A stretch of 64,000 nt of DNA, taken from an uncultured Acidimicrobiia bacterium (GTDB lineage: Bacteria; Actinomycetota; Acidimicrobiia; Spongiisociales; UBA5794). Location of the stretch: NCBI GenBank assembly GCA_963704825.1, contig CAVPHV010000017.1:167325-231324 (forward strand), written 5' to 3'. Of the stretch, positions 47,829-57,783 are shown one piece after another. The notes under the pieces were generated by a model. The model searched no databases, was not told the origin of the DNA, and was given only the letters and a program-made list of their open reading frames with translations. The first letter of the stretch is position 1. Every line of letters begins with the position of its first letter. Position numbers and translations under genes: made by a program.

Positions 47829-49928
47829 TCAGCCCCCGATCGTTTCCCGGATGCCGGCAAGCACCTGGGTCGTGTCGATGAGGGCGTGGCGCTCGATGGC
47901 GAACTGGGGCCACGGGGCGTCGGTGGCGGTCAGCCGGCGGATCGGCACCTCGAGGGAGTAGCCGCATCGCTCGGCGACTTCGGCCGCAACCTCGGCGGCA
48001 AACCCGCCGGTGCGCTGCGGCTCCTGGACGATCAAGAGCCGTCCCGTCTTGTCGACGGAAGCCGTGACCGTATCGACGTCCCACGGGTAGATGGTGCGCA
48101 GGTCGATCACCTCGACATCGAAGCCTTCCTCAGCCGCGGCCGCGGCGGCCCGCAGCGAGACGGGGACCATGCCGCCGTACGTGACCAGCGTCAGGTCCGC
48201 CCCGGTGCGCCGCACCCGCGCCTTGCCGAGCGGGATCTCGTAGCGGGCCGACGGGACCGACTCCTTGCCCGCCCGATAAAGGGCCTTCGGTTCGAGGAAG
48301 ATGACCGGATCGGTGCCGGCAAGTGCAGAGGCGAGCAGGCCCTTGGCGTCGTACGGCGTGGACGGAACCACAACAACCACTCCCGGGATGTGGGCAAACA
48401 GCGCCTCCGGGCTGTCACAGTGGTGTTCGTGGGCGCCGATCCCGGCTCCGTTGGGTGAACGGACGACCAGGGGCAGCGTGGCGTGACCCCGGGTGCGGAA
48501 GCGGATCCGTCCGAGGTGGCTGGCGATTTGATCGAACGCCGGATAGGAGAATCCCTCGAACTGGATCTCGGCCACCGCACGGCTCCCCGAGATCGCCATG
48601 CCGATTCCGGCGCCGACGATCCCCGATTCATTGATTGGGGTGTCGATCACGCGTTCCTCGCCGTAGCGGTCGTAGAGGCCCTCGGTGATGCGGAAGACTC
48701 CGCCGGCCACGCCAACGTCTTCGCCGAGAATCAGCATGGACGGGTCGGCTGCCATGGCTTCGTCGAGGGCCAGGGTGATCGCCTCGGCCATTGTGATGGG
48801 TTCGGTGTCTGCGACCACGGTTGGTTCGGGACCTGGCGTCCAGACCTCGGCCGGCTCGAACGGCGTCTCGGATTCTCCGGCTCGCCGCTGCATGGCGTGG
48901 AGTTGTTCGATCAGCAGGTTGGGAATGCGGGCGTAGGCATGGCGGACGATGTCGTCGCGGTCGGGCTGCGGAGTCTCGTCGAGAATGCTCATCGCCTTGT
49001 CGAATTCGACCGTGGCCTCGACACCCAGGGCGAGTTCCCGTTCTTCGTCCCACAGGCCCCGGCGCTCCAGGAAGGTGCGGAAACGATCGATCGGGTCGCG
49101 GGTGCGCCACTCCAGCTCTTCGGCTTCGCTGCGATAGAGCCGGGCGTCGTCTGCGGTGGCGTGCGGCCCATAGCGGTAGCAGACGGCCTCGATCAACGTT
49201 GGCCCTTCACCGCGCCGGGCGCGAGCAACGGCTTCCCTGGTGGCGGCATAGACGGCGAGCACATCCATGCCGTCGACGCGTATCCCCGGCATTCCGTAGG
49301 CGATGGCCTTCTGGGCGATGGTGGCTGCCGCAGTCTGCTTCGCATAGGGCACCGAGATGGCCCAAAAGTTGTTCTCGCAGATGAATACCGTTGGCGTCTT
49401 CCACACGCCGGCGAAGTTGAGTCCGGAGTGGAAGTCATTCTCCGAGGTTGCCCCATCGCCGAAATAGGCGGCGGTCACGATCTGCTCGCCACGTTGCCGG
49501 GCCGCATAGGCGTGACCCACGGCGTGGGGAAGATGGCTGGCGATCGGGACGGAAACCGACATCATCCGATACTTGTGGACGTCCCAATCGGCGTTGGGTA
49601 GCCCCCGCCAGTAGGCGAGGACCACGTCGAGCGGCATGCCCCGCATCAGCTGCACGACATGCTGGCGGTAGGCGGGGTAGATGAAGTCTTCCGCTCCGAA
49701 CGCCGCAGCAGATCCAACGTGGACGGCTTCATGGCCCTCGCTCATGGCGTACGTACCAAGCCGGCCCTGACGTTGGGCCCCCATTGCTTTTCGGTCGTAC
49801 TGTCGACTCAAGCCCATGAACCGGTAGAGATCGACGAGTTCGCCGTCGTCGAGATGCGGCGGGTCGCCGACGACACGACCAGTGGGGTCGATGATCTGCT
49901 CCATGGCGGCGGTGGCGTCTTCGATCAC
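47829..49928 (-). CDS. 2-oxoacid dehydrogenase E1 component, fused alpha/beta subunits (ThDP-dependent)
   Basis: Alpha part (YRFMGLSRQYDRKA...GDGATSENDFHSGLNFAG) and beta part (EDVGVAGGVFRITEGL...FEGF) in one 700-aa polypeptide. GTG start 49928 with gggaggag RBS. No E2 gene adjacent. Confidence 0.85.
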   Translation of the reverse strand: MIEDATAAMEQIIDPTGRVVGDPPHLDDGELVDLYRFMGLSRQYDRKAMGAQRQGRLGTYAMSEGHEAVHVGSAAAFGAEDFIYPAYRQHVVQLMRGMPLDVVLAYWRGLPNADWDVHKYRMMSVSVPIASHLPHAVGHAYAARQRGEQIVTAAYFGDGATSENDFHSGLNFAGVWKTPTVFICENNFWAISVPYAKQTAAATIAQKAIAYGMPGIRVDGMDVLAVYAATREAVARARRGEGPTLIEAVCYRYGPHATADDARLYRSEAEELEWRTRDPIDRFRTFLERRGLWDEERELALGVEATVEFDKAMSILDETPQPDRDDIVRHAYARIPNLLIEQLHAMQRRAGESETPFEPAEVWTPGPEPTVVADTEPITMAEAITLALDEAMAADPSMLILGEDVGVAGGVFRITEGLYDRYGEERVIDTPINESGIVGAGIGMAISGSRAVAEIQFEGFSYPAFDQIASHLGRIRFRTRGHATLPLVVRSPNGAGIGAHEHHCDSPEALFAHIPGVVVVVPSTPYDAKGLLASALAGTDPVIFLEPKALYRAGKESVPSARYEIPLGKARVRRTGADLTLVTYGGMVPVSLRAAAAAAEEGFDVEVIDLRTIYPWDVDTVTASVDKTGRLLIVQEPQRTGGFAAEVAAEVAERCGYSLEVPIRRLTATDAPWPQFAIERHALIDTTQVLAGIRETIGG

Positions 49929-50096
49929 TGCGCTCCTCCCTGGGCCCCGGTGTCGTCCGGCGGCGCGTTGGTGCGGGCCTGCAAAGCATAGGGAACCGGC
50001 CAATTGCTGCGCGCCGCCCGGGTCGCTCGTTTGGTCCCCGATACTCCCGGTATCGCTCTAGGCTTCCGCCCGCCTTCCAAACCAGGAGTTCCTCTC

Positions 50097-50654
50097 ATGA
50101 CCCGCGTCCGTATTGCTGTGCTGCTTGCTACGGCCGCTCTGGCCATTGCCGCCTGCAGCGGCGATGACGCCGAGGTGGCGTCCACGGTCACGGAAGGGGA
50201 TGAGGTGACGACGACGGTCGGGCAAACCCAGCAGGAGGGAATCGTGGTTGAGGTCGGAGACCAGGTAGAAGTGCACTACGTCGGGACTCTCGACAGTGGT
50301 GAGCAGTTCGACTCATCTCGCGATCGAGGAGAGACCCTGGGATTTGAGGTCGGCGCCGGTCAGATGATCGCTGGTTTCGACCAGGCGGTGCGTGGCATGG
50401 CCGTCGGTGAGGTCAAGACGGTTCGGCTCGAAGCGGCCGACGCCTACGGCGAACTCAGTGATGAGTTTCGCCAGGAGGTCCCGCTGGCGGACCTGCCCGA
50501 GGGCCTTGCGGTTGGCGACCCGTTGTTCACCCCCGAGGGCCTACAAGTCACCGTGATCGAGATCAATGATGATGTTGCGGTGATCGACTTCAATCATCCG
50601 CTCGCCGGGGAAGCACTCACCTTCGAGATCGAGATGGTCACGATCACCCGCTGA
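50097..50654 (+). CDS. FKBP-type peptidyl-prolyl isomerase, lipoprotein
   Basis: Signal/lipobox (LAIAACSG), then an FKBP domain (VEVHYVGTLDSGEQFDSSRDRGETLGFEVGAGQMIAGFDQAV). ATG 50097 follows aggag. Confidence 0.85.
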   Translation: MTRVRIAVLLATAALAIAACSGDDAEVASTVTEGDEVTTTVGQTQQEGIVVEVGDQVEVHYVGTLDSGEQFDSSRDRGETLGFEVGAGQMIAGFDQAVRGMAVGEVKTVRLEAADAYGELSDEFRQEVPLADLPEGLAVGDPLFTPEGLQVTVIEINDDVAVIDFNHPLAGEALTFEIEMVTITR

Positions 50655-50967
50655 GCCTCCTCCTCGTGCATCGGGGCGGCGCGCGGCGTGCGGTCAGCTC
50701 AGAGAATTGCTGACGACAACCGTCAGTGGGATCACGAAGGCCGCAGCTGCGAGGGCCCCGGCGACCACTCCGACGTAGAACAGTTGGTTTTCTGAGAGCT
50801 TGGCCACGTGGTCCTCGTTGGTGCTTGTCGACGGCTGGATGGATGATTGCACAAAGAGGGTCGTTGGTCACTTCGACGACGCATGGCAGTCTACCTAGGA
50901 TGCGTCCCGACAATCGGTCAGGTGGAACATCACAACACCATCACATCACGAGGAAGGGCCTGAGGGC

Positions 50968-51489
50968 GTGGACACAGACGGCTCTGAAGGAACGACCCCG
51001 GCTCCCGAGAACCGCTGGGATCGGTTCGTCAAAGGGTTTGCCCTCGGGGCGGCCGGTCTCGTGCTGCTTTGGGGAGTGCTCGCGGCCTTGGTCTATTGGA
51101 CCTCGAGCGACGACTACGACGAAGCCGCTTCGGGCGATGGCCTCTCGAATCAGACCACTACGACTGGAGGACCCAGCGAAACGTCACCACCTGGGGATGT
51201 CGACGGCGCCGCCGTTGCCGACTCGGCCGGATGCACGGCCTGTCACTCGAGCGACGGTAGCGCCGGAGTCGGGCCGACATGGGCGGGGATCGCCGGTACG
51301 GAGCGTCCCCTCGAAGATGGTTCTTCGGTGCTTGCCGACCCGGCCTACCTGCTCGAGTCCATCGTGGACCCCAATGTCAAGATCGTTGCCGGCTACGCCG
51401 CCGGTCTGATGCCGCAGAACTTCGGCGACACGCTCAGCGACCAGGAACTGGCCGCCCTCGTCATCTATATCGAGTCGCTCAGCGGCTGA
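50968..51489 (+). CDS. Membrane-anchored mono-haem cytochrome c
   Basis: One N-terminal TM helix, a Thr-rich linker, the CTACH haem-binding motif and a distal Met ligand region (AGLMPQNFG). Confidence 0.72.
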   Translation: MDTDGSEGTTPAPENRWDRFVKGFALGAAGLVLLWGVLAALVYWTSSDDYDEAASGDGLSNQTTTTGGPSETSPPGDVDGAAVADSAGCTACHSSDGSAGVGPTWAGIAGTERPLEDGSSVLADPAYLLESIVDPNVKIVAGYAAGLMPQNFGDTLSDQELAALVIYIESLSG

Positions 51490-51490
51490 G

Positions 51491-51955
51491 TCAGCTTCCA
51501 ACGGAGATATCGGCGACTTCGGCGGCGACGATTTCCCGATAATCCTTTAGCGCCATGGTGATGGTCTGGGTGTGGCTCCCGCCGCGGAACGTGATTCGTT
51601 CGCCCGTGAGGCGAGTGTCGAGGATCGTTCGCATCTCATAGAGGCTGCCCAGCGGCGGCTCCGCTCCCGCCTCGCAGTCGCCAAACGCTGCGGTGAACTC
51701 GTCTTCGCGGGCCATGCGTACCTCGCCGCCTCCGAGCACGGCTCGCGCCTTGTCCAGGTCCACATGTTTGTGCCCGGGGACGACCGCCATCACAAACCGA
51801 TCGTCGGCCATCAAGATCACCGGTTTGGCGATCTGCTTGCCGGAGATGTGCTCAGACTCGGCCACCCGTTGTGCCGTGTACGCGAGAGGGTGATCGGTCA
51901 TCTCGTAGGCCACTCCGTGGGTGAGGAGGTACTCCCGAACCCTTTCGGCACCCAT
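51491..51955 (-). CDS. YbaK/ProX-type aminoacyl-tRNA deacylase domain protein
   Basis: ISGKQIAKPVILMADDRFVMAVVPGHKHVDLDKARAVLG matches the YbaK/EbsC fold. ATG 51955 follows gggaaggag. Confidence 0.68.
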   Translation of the reverse strand: MGAERVREYLLTHGVAYEMTDHPLAYTAQRVAESEHISGKQIAKPVILMADDRFVMAVVPGHKHVDLDKARAVLGGGEVRMAREDEFTAAFGDCEAGAEPPLGSLYEMRTILDTRLTGERITFRGGSHTQTITMALKDYREIVAAEVADISVGS

Positions 51956-52142
51956 GTCCGCTGCTCCTTCCCGTGTTCCTGACCCAACACTGCCCAAGGG
52001 CCGAGCCATCCGCCATGGGCAATGGTCACAAGTACGGCCAGTGGATGTTCGCTGCTGGGCACTCCGACCCTGGTCCGCCTTCCTGCCCGCTGGCAGGCTG
52101 AGTCGGTCGCTCGACCACAACTCGACCACAAGGAGTGCTTCT

Positions 52143-53273
52143 GTGACCAGCAAGCAGGCGGACTTGGCCGGACCGGGGATGGGGGACTACTCGGAACTCG
52201 AAAAGGTGCTGCCGGACGACTACCGGTCGCTGCTCACCCGCAAGGAGACAATGGCGGCGCTGTTCGCGGCGAAGTCGTACATCGAGGAGAACCTCTGTGC
52301 GGAGCTGAACCTGTTCATGGTGCAGGTACCGCTGATCGTCGACGTTGCACGCGGCGTCAATGACATGCTCGATCGCGACGGGTCGCGCACCCCGGTTGAA
52401 TTCCACATCGCCAATGACGGGATCAACTCGATCGACGCCCAGATAGTCCAGGCCGCCACGAAGTGGAAGCGGCCCGCCCTCGCCCAGTTCGGGTGCGACG
52501 GTGGGCGAGGGGATCTGCACCGACATGAAGGCGGTGCGCAAGGACTACTTCCTCGATCACGACCACAGCGCCTACGTCGACCAGTGGGATTGGGAACGCG
52601 TCATCTCACCCCAGGAGCGAAGCCTGGAGTTCCTCACCGGGGTCGTTGAGAAGATCTGGAAGGTGTTGCACGGAGCCGCGCTGCATGTCCACGAGCTGTT
52701 TCCCCAACTCGCTACCGACAAGTACCCGCCGATTCCGTCGGAGCTGAAGTTCATCCACGCCGAGGACATCCTGGCGATGTTCCCCGATCTTCCCCGCAAG
52801 CAACGAGAGACCGCGCTCCTGCAGGAGTATCCCGCGGTGTTCATCTACGGGATCGGGTGGCCCCTAGAGGACGGTTACCCCCATGAGTTGCGTGCCGCCG
52901 ACTATGACGACTGGGTCACCGAGACGGTATCGGCCGATGGGCGTCCCACGCACGGGCTCAACGGCGACATCCTGGTCTGGAACCCGGTCACCCAACGGCG
53001 TCATGAGCTGTCGTCGATGGGGGTGCGGGTCACCAAGGAGACGCTGCGAATCCAGCTCGAAATGGCCGGCCAACTCGACTTCCTCGAGCTGCCGTACCAC
53101 CGGGCGATACTCAACGATGAGATTCCCCTTTCGATCGGGGGTGGCATCGGTCAGTCGCGCACGTACATGTACCTGCTGCGCAAGGCCCATCTCGGCGAGG
53201 TGTCGGTGACGGTGTGGCCGCAGATCCTCAAGGACATGTGCGCCGCAAAGGCCATCCACGTCCTCGAATAGTC
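52143..53273 (+). pseudogene. asnA: Aspartate-ammonia ligase (asparagine synthetase A) interrupted by a +1 frameshift near 52505
   Basis: Frame 0 encodes the AsnA N-terminal third up to ...ATKWKRPALAQFGCDGG. The rest (GEGICTDMKAV...SAYVDQWDWERV...GGGIGQSR...) continues in the +1 frame from 52507. The junction is the G-rich run ggtgggcgagggg. Confidence 0.75.
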
Positions 53274-53375
53274 AGTCGCAGGTCCCTCGATCCCCAACTC
53301 TGAAAGCCGTTCGGTAATCGCGGTTTGGATCCGATAGTCTCCCTGGAATCTCACTAGATGCGGAGGACGCGAACC

Positions 53376-54779
53376 ATGAACGAGCAGGCGTGGCACCACG
53401 GAACCCATCTCAGTCCGGAGGAGCGGCGAGCGATCGGTAAAGCGGCGCGCAAAGCCGTCCCGCGTTCCAGCCACGCCGACTGGTCCCCCAGTCCCGATCG
53501 CCCGGACCCCGTTGCGCTGGTCGAGGGGCAGAACGCCGATCGGCTCCAGTGGTTGGTGCCGGTGCGGCGGGGCCGTATGTCGGCTTCGGCCTTCACGTTC
53601 TACCGCGGGGCCGCCCGCATCATGGCAACCGACCTGGCGACGACACCGGCTTCGGGGCTCACGGTTCAGGCCTGCGGTGACGCCCACCTGTCCAACTTTG
53701 GCGCCTACGGCTCGCCTGAGCGGCAACTGGTGTTCGATATCAACGACTTTGACGAGACGCTCCCCGGCCCCTGGGAGTGGGATGTGAAGCGCCTCGCCGC
53801 CAGCTTCATGATCGCCGGGCGAAACCTGGGGTTCTCCGATGCGGACAACCGCCAAGTCACGGCCGCTTCCGTCGAGGGCTATCGCCAGACCATGGCCCAG
53901 ATGGCTGGGACCCGAACGCTCGATGTCTGGTACGCCCATCTGTCGGTAGATGAGCTCAACAACACCCTTGTGAGCCAAGGTGCAACCAAGGCATCAAAAC
54001 GTGCTCAGAAGTTGGCCAAGAAGGCCAAGAGCAAGGACAGCCTCGAGGCATTGCGCAAGCTCGCCGAGAAGGTCGACGGCACCTACCGGATCAAGTCCAA
54101 TCATCCGGTTCTGGTACCGCTACGGGAGATCGGCGACGGGGCAGAGCAGGATCGGATCCGGCAAGCGGCTCTGCAGAGCTTCAAGGAATACCGAGCAACG
54201 ATGCGTCCCGATCGACGGTTGCTGCTCGATCGCTTTCGACCGGTCGATATCGCGGTCAAGGTCGTCGGTGTGGGGAGTGTCGGTACCCGGTGCTTGATCG
54301 TCCTGCTCGAGGGCCGCGACGAAGCCGACCCGTTGTTTCTCCAAATCAAGGAGGCAACGAAGTCGGTGCTCGAGGAGCACCTCCCGGCCAGTCGTTGGCG
54401 CAACTCCGGCCGGCGAGTGGTGGAGGGTCAGCGATTGATGCAATCGTCCAGTGACGTGTTTCTCGGCTGGTCACGCAGCATCAACAGCCAGGATTACTAC
54501 TGGCGTCAGCTGCGCGACTGGAAGGGTTCTCTAGACCCCAACACGGCACAACTCAAGGGCCTCACTCTCTACGCCGGGGTTTGCGGTTGGACCCTGGCGC
54601 GCAGCCATGCGCGCTCGGGCGACCCGATCGCCATTTCCGCCTACCTGGGCACCAGTGTGACCTTCGACAAAGCCATCACCGAGTTCTCGGAGAAGTATGC
54701 CGACCAGAACGAGAGCGACTACGCCGAGTTTGCCCGAGCCATCAAGGATGGGACGCTCGAGGCCGACACGGCAGGGTAG
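53376..54779 (+). CDS. DUF2252 domain protein
   Basis: HADWSP...DPVALVEGQ...RRGRMSASAFTFYRGAA...CGDAHLSNFG...DFDETLPGPWEWDVKRLA is the DUF2252 signature. ATG 53376 follows ggagga. Confidence 0.75.
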   Translation: MNEQAWHHGTHLSPEERRAIGKAARKAVPRSSHADWSPSPDRPDPVALVEGQNADRLQWLVPVRRGRMSASAFTFYRGAARIMATDLATTPASGLTVQACGDAHLSNFGAYGSPERQLVFDINDFDETLPGPWEWDVKRLAASFMIAGRNLGFSDADNRQVTAASVEGYRQTMAQMAGTRTLDVWYAHLSVDELNNTLVSQGATKASKRAQKLAKKAKSKDSLEALRKLAEKVDGTYRIKSNHPVLVPLREIGDGAEQDRIRQAALQSFKEYRATMRPDRRLLLDRFRPVDIAVKVVGVGSVGTRCLIVLLEGRDEADPLFLQIKEATKSVLEEHLPASRWRNSGRRVVEGQRLMQSSSDVFLGWSRSINSQDYYWRQLRDWKGSLDPNTAQLKGLTLYAGVCGWTLARSHARSGDPIAISAYLGTSVTFDKAITEFSEKYADQNESDYAEFARAIKDGTLEADTAG

Positions 54780-54795
54780 AGGTCGGTCAGCTCGG

Positions 54796-55500
54796 TCAGC
54801 CGTCGGTGCCGTCGGGTGGCCGCCCCGCTGCGACGTGGCGCAGTTCTGCGAGGCGCGTGGCCGGCCCGTAGCAGACCAGCGTGTCTTCGGCCTGTGCTGA
54901 ACCGCCGACCGCGGCGGCAGGAATGGTCTGGAGGTCGCCGTCGACCAGCCGTTGGACCCCCAGCAACGTGATATCGGGGTCGCCGAACGGCTCTTGGTCG
55001 AGCCGTCGGCCAACGAGTGGGCTCGATGGCGCTATCACCAGACCGGCCACGGCCTGGTCGCCGAATACGACCCACGGACTACTGATGTGAGCTCGGAAGA
55101 GGCGGCGGGCCACAAAGCGAGCCGGGCGCCGTCCGATGCGGGAGAGTATTCCAAAGAGATTGAGAACAAAGAAGAGGAGGAGGAACCCGACGAGGACGGT
55201 GGCTCGCAACGCCGGATCCTTGGCGGAAGGAACCACAAAACTCACGCCGAGTAGACCAAGAATCGCTGGTGGTCCGATGTATCCGACGAGGAACAACATA
55301 GAGGCCGCATCGCGTGACGGCGCGTCGTGTACCACGGCGTCGGATTGGGTCGTCGTGTAGCCGGTTCCGGTGAGCGCAGAACGCGCTTCGAAAGTCGCCG
55401 GCTTCTGGCCCATCCCGGCTCCTTGATAGACCTCGGCCGCGATCAGCAACACAAAACGCCAGATGAGAACGACGATCAGGATCGCCACCACACTTGCCAT
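54796..55500 (-). CDS. Two-TM ion-channel-like protein with C-terminal TrkA-C (RCK_C) domain
   Basis: TM1, a pore-loop-like LTGTGYTTT (non-canonical for K+ selectivity), TM2, then a TrkA-C-like domain (VAGLVIAPSSPLVGRRL...DITLLGVQR). Confidence 0.55.
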   Translation of the reverse strand: MASVVAILIVVLIWRFVLLIAAEVYQGAGMGQKPATFEARSALTGTGYTTTQSDAVVHDAPSRDAASMLFLVGYIGPPAILGLLGVSFVVPSAKDPALRATVLVGFLLLFFVLNLFGILSRIGRRPARFVARRLFRAHISSPWVVFGDQAVAGLVIAPSSPLVGRRLDQEPFGDPDITLLGVQRLVDGDLQTIPAAAVGGSAQAEDTLVCYGPATRLAELRHVAAGRPPDGTDG

Positions 55501-55527
55501 TGCAGCTCCTTTCTCTTCTCTCGATCT

Positions 55528-56727
55528 TCAGCTCGGCGTGAGATGGGCGATGGCTACGGCTGCGAAAAGAGCGATTCCGGTCGCCATCGCCTCTTCGTCG
55601 AAGCGCACCCGGTTGGAGTGGTTGTTGGGAGCCTCGCCCGGCACGAGCTCAGTCGGGCAGGCGCCGAGGAAGGCCATCGCGCCGGGCACCTGCTGCAGCA
55701 CGTAGCTCCAGTCTTCGGCGCCCATGAGGGGGAACGGCAGCTCGGTGACGGCGTCTTCACCGACGAGATCAGCAGCAACGCTGGTGACGAGTTGTGAGAA
55801 GGCGTCGTCGTTGACGGTCACCGGGTAGCCGGTCTTGATCCGGACGTGGGCCTCGACGCCGTGAGCGGCGGCGACGTTGGTGGCGACCCGTTCGATCATC
55901 TCATGTACCTGGGTGCGCGTCTCTTCTGAGAGCGCCCGAATCGTTCCGGAGAGCTCGGCCGTCTCTGGAATCACGTTGTGGGTAGTGCCGGCCATCATCC
56001 TGGCGAAGGTAACGACGGCAGGATCGAGCACGTTGATACGGCGGGTGAGGGCGGTCTCGACGGCCAGCACGATCTCGGCCGCCACCGGAATCGGGTCGTG
56101 GGCGAGGAAAGGCGCCGAGGCGTGGCCGCCCCGGCCGGTGATCGTGAGGTACACCTCGTCTGCCGATGCCATCAAGGGTCCGGGCCGGTGGTGGATTGTG
56201 CCTGTTACGTGGCGGGTGGTGACGTGGATGGCGAATGCACCGGAGGGAGCGGGGTCGACCACATCGAGCAGTCCCTCGTCGAGCATGATCTGGGCGCCGT
56301 GGTTGCCCTCCTCGCCGGGCTGGAACATGAACACGACGCGCCCCGGGAGTTGGTCGCGCAGTCCGCTGAGCAGTCGGGCGGCGCCCACCAGCATTGCAGT
56401 GTGCAGATCGTGGCCGCAGGCATGCATGGCGCCGTGGACCTCGCTGGCAAAGGGAAGTCCGGTGTCCTCCGGCATCGGCAGGCCATCCATGTCGCCGCGC
56501 AGCAAGATGGCCGGGCCGGGCAGTCCGCCATCGAGCACGGCAACGATGCCGCTGGTGGTTTCGTGGAGGTGGAGTTCGAGGGGCAGCCCCTCGAGGGCCG
56601 TCAGCACCGTCTCGCGGGTCACGGGGAGGTCGTTGCCGATCTCGGGATGGCGGTGCAGCGCACGCCGCAGCTCAACGATTTCGGGCAAGAGTTCTCGGGC
56701 TGAGGCAAGAAGGGTGTTGTCGTTCAT
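55528..56727 (-). CDS. M20D-family amidohydrolase (N-acyl-amino-acid amidohydrolase-like)
   Basis: HRHPEIGND...MHACGHDLHTAMLVGAA metal-binding motifs; 399 aa. Confidence 0.85.
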   Translation of the reverse strand: MNDNTLLASARELLPEIVELRRALHRHPEIGNDLPVTRETVLTALEGLPLELHLHETTSGIVAVLDGGLPGPAILLRGDMDGLPMPEDTGLPFASEVHGAMHACGHDLHTAMLVGAARLLSGLRDQLPGRVVFMFQPGEEGNHGAQIMLDEGLLDVVDPAPSGAFAIHVTTRHVTGTIHHRPGPLMASADEVYLTITGRGGHASAPFLAHDPIPVAAEIVLAVETALTRRINVLDPAVVTFARMMAGTTHNVIPETAELSGTIRALSEETRTQVHEMIERVATNVAAAHGVEAHVRIKTGYPVTVNDDAFSQLVTSVAADLVGEDAVTELPFPLMGAEDWSYVLQQVPGAMAFLGACPTELVPGEAPNNHSNRVRFDEEAMATGIALFAAVAIAHLTPS

Positions 56728-56736
56728 CCGTCCATG

Positions 56737-57783
56737 CTACGGGGCCGGTCGGCGGCTGCCCCTACCCGGCGCTCCCGACCCGGCTGAGACCCATTCGCGG
56801 CACATCGCCAGCAACTTCAGCGTTTCGGCGTGATTGGGCAGGAGCGCAGGCCACACGTGGTACATGTCGTCGGCAATGTGGAGCGTCACCGCGCAGCCAT
56901 CGGATTGGGCCTTGGCGGCGAGGCGGATCGAATCGTCGAGGATCATCTCTCTTCCGCCGGCGAACACCAGCACCGGGGGGATCCCGCGGTAGTCGCCGTA
57001 CAGCGGAGAGGCGTAGGGGTCCTTGGGATCGTGATCGCCGAGGTACTCGTGCAGCGGACGGATTGGATGCAGAAGCGGCAGGTAGTCGGTGGCCATGTTG
57101 CGATAGATGGAGTTGCCGGTATGTTCGAGGTCGGTATACGGGGAGAAGACGATGGCGCCGGCTGGGAGCGGATCGCCCTCGTCGCGCAGCCGCAGCAGCG
57201 TGGCGAGGGTGAGTCCGCCACCGGCGGAGTCACCTGCGATGACAATCTGGTTCGGATCGGTACCGGCTGCGACCAGAGCCCGGTACACCCTCACCGCATC
57301 GTCAACGGCGGCCGGGAAAGGATTGGCCGGGGCGAGCCGATAGTCGGGCACGATGGCAGACCCGCCCACGGCCCAGGTGAGATTGGCGACGAAGCGGCGA
57401 TGCGTCGCCGGGCTCCCGGCGAGATAACCGCCTCCGTGGAAGTAGAGGATGGTCGACGTGTCGGTGAGTTCTGTTCCCGAGCCGTTCCGGATGTGCCGCT
57501 CCACCGGAACCCCGGCCACCGTGTCGTGCTCGAGTCGCATGGCGCCGCGCAGCCGGGATGGGAGCGGCGGATCCAGCTTGCCTTCCAGCTTGGCGCGGGC
57601 GAGCGGATCGGGGTGGGTGGCCGCCGACATGATGAAGGCTCGCAGCGCGACGGCCTTGAGTTCGACGTCCCAACCCCATCCGGGGACGGCCGGACCGGAC
57701 AAGACGCGGCGGGCGATCCGGGCCGCAACGGCGATGACCATGGCCACCAGCAGCCGAAATACGAGGACCAGGGTTCTGATCAC
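56737..57783 (-). CDS. Alpha/beta-hydrolase fold-3 esterase/lipase with N-terminal TM anchor
   Basis: HGGGY oxyanion motif and GDSAGG nucleophile elbow. A GTG start at 57783 overlaps the upstream stop (GTGA) and keeps the TM helix IRTLVLVFRLLVAMVIAVAA. Confidence 0.78.
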   Translation of the reverse strand: MIRTLVLVFRLLVAMVIAVAARIARRVLSGPAVPGWGWDVELKAVALRAFIMSAATHPDPLARAKLEGKLDPPLPSRLRGAMRLEHDTVAGVPVERHIRNGSGTELTDTSTILYFHGGGYLAGSPATHRRFVANLTWAVGGSAIVPDYRLAPANPFPAAVDDAVRVYRALVAAGTDPNQIVIAGDSAGGGLTLATLLRLRDEGDPLPAGAIVFSPYTDLEHTGNSIYRNMATDYLPLLHPIRPLHEYLGDHDPKDPYASPLYGDYRGIPPVLVFAGGREMILDDSIRLAAKAQSDGCAVTLHIADDMYHVWPALLPNHAETLKLLAMCREWVSAGSGAPGRGSRRPAP

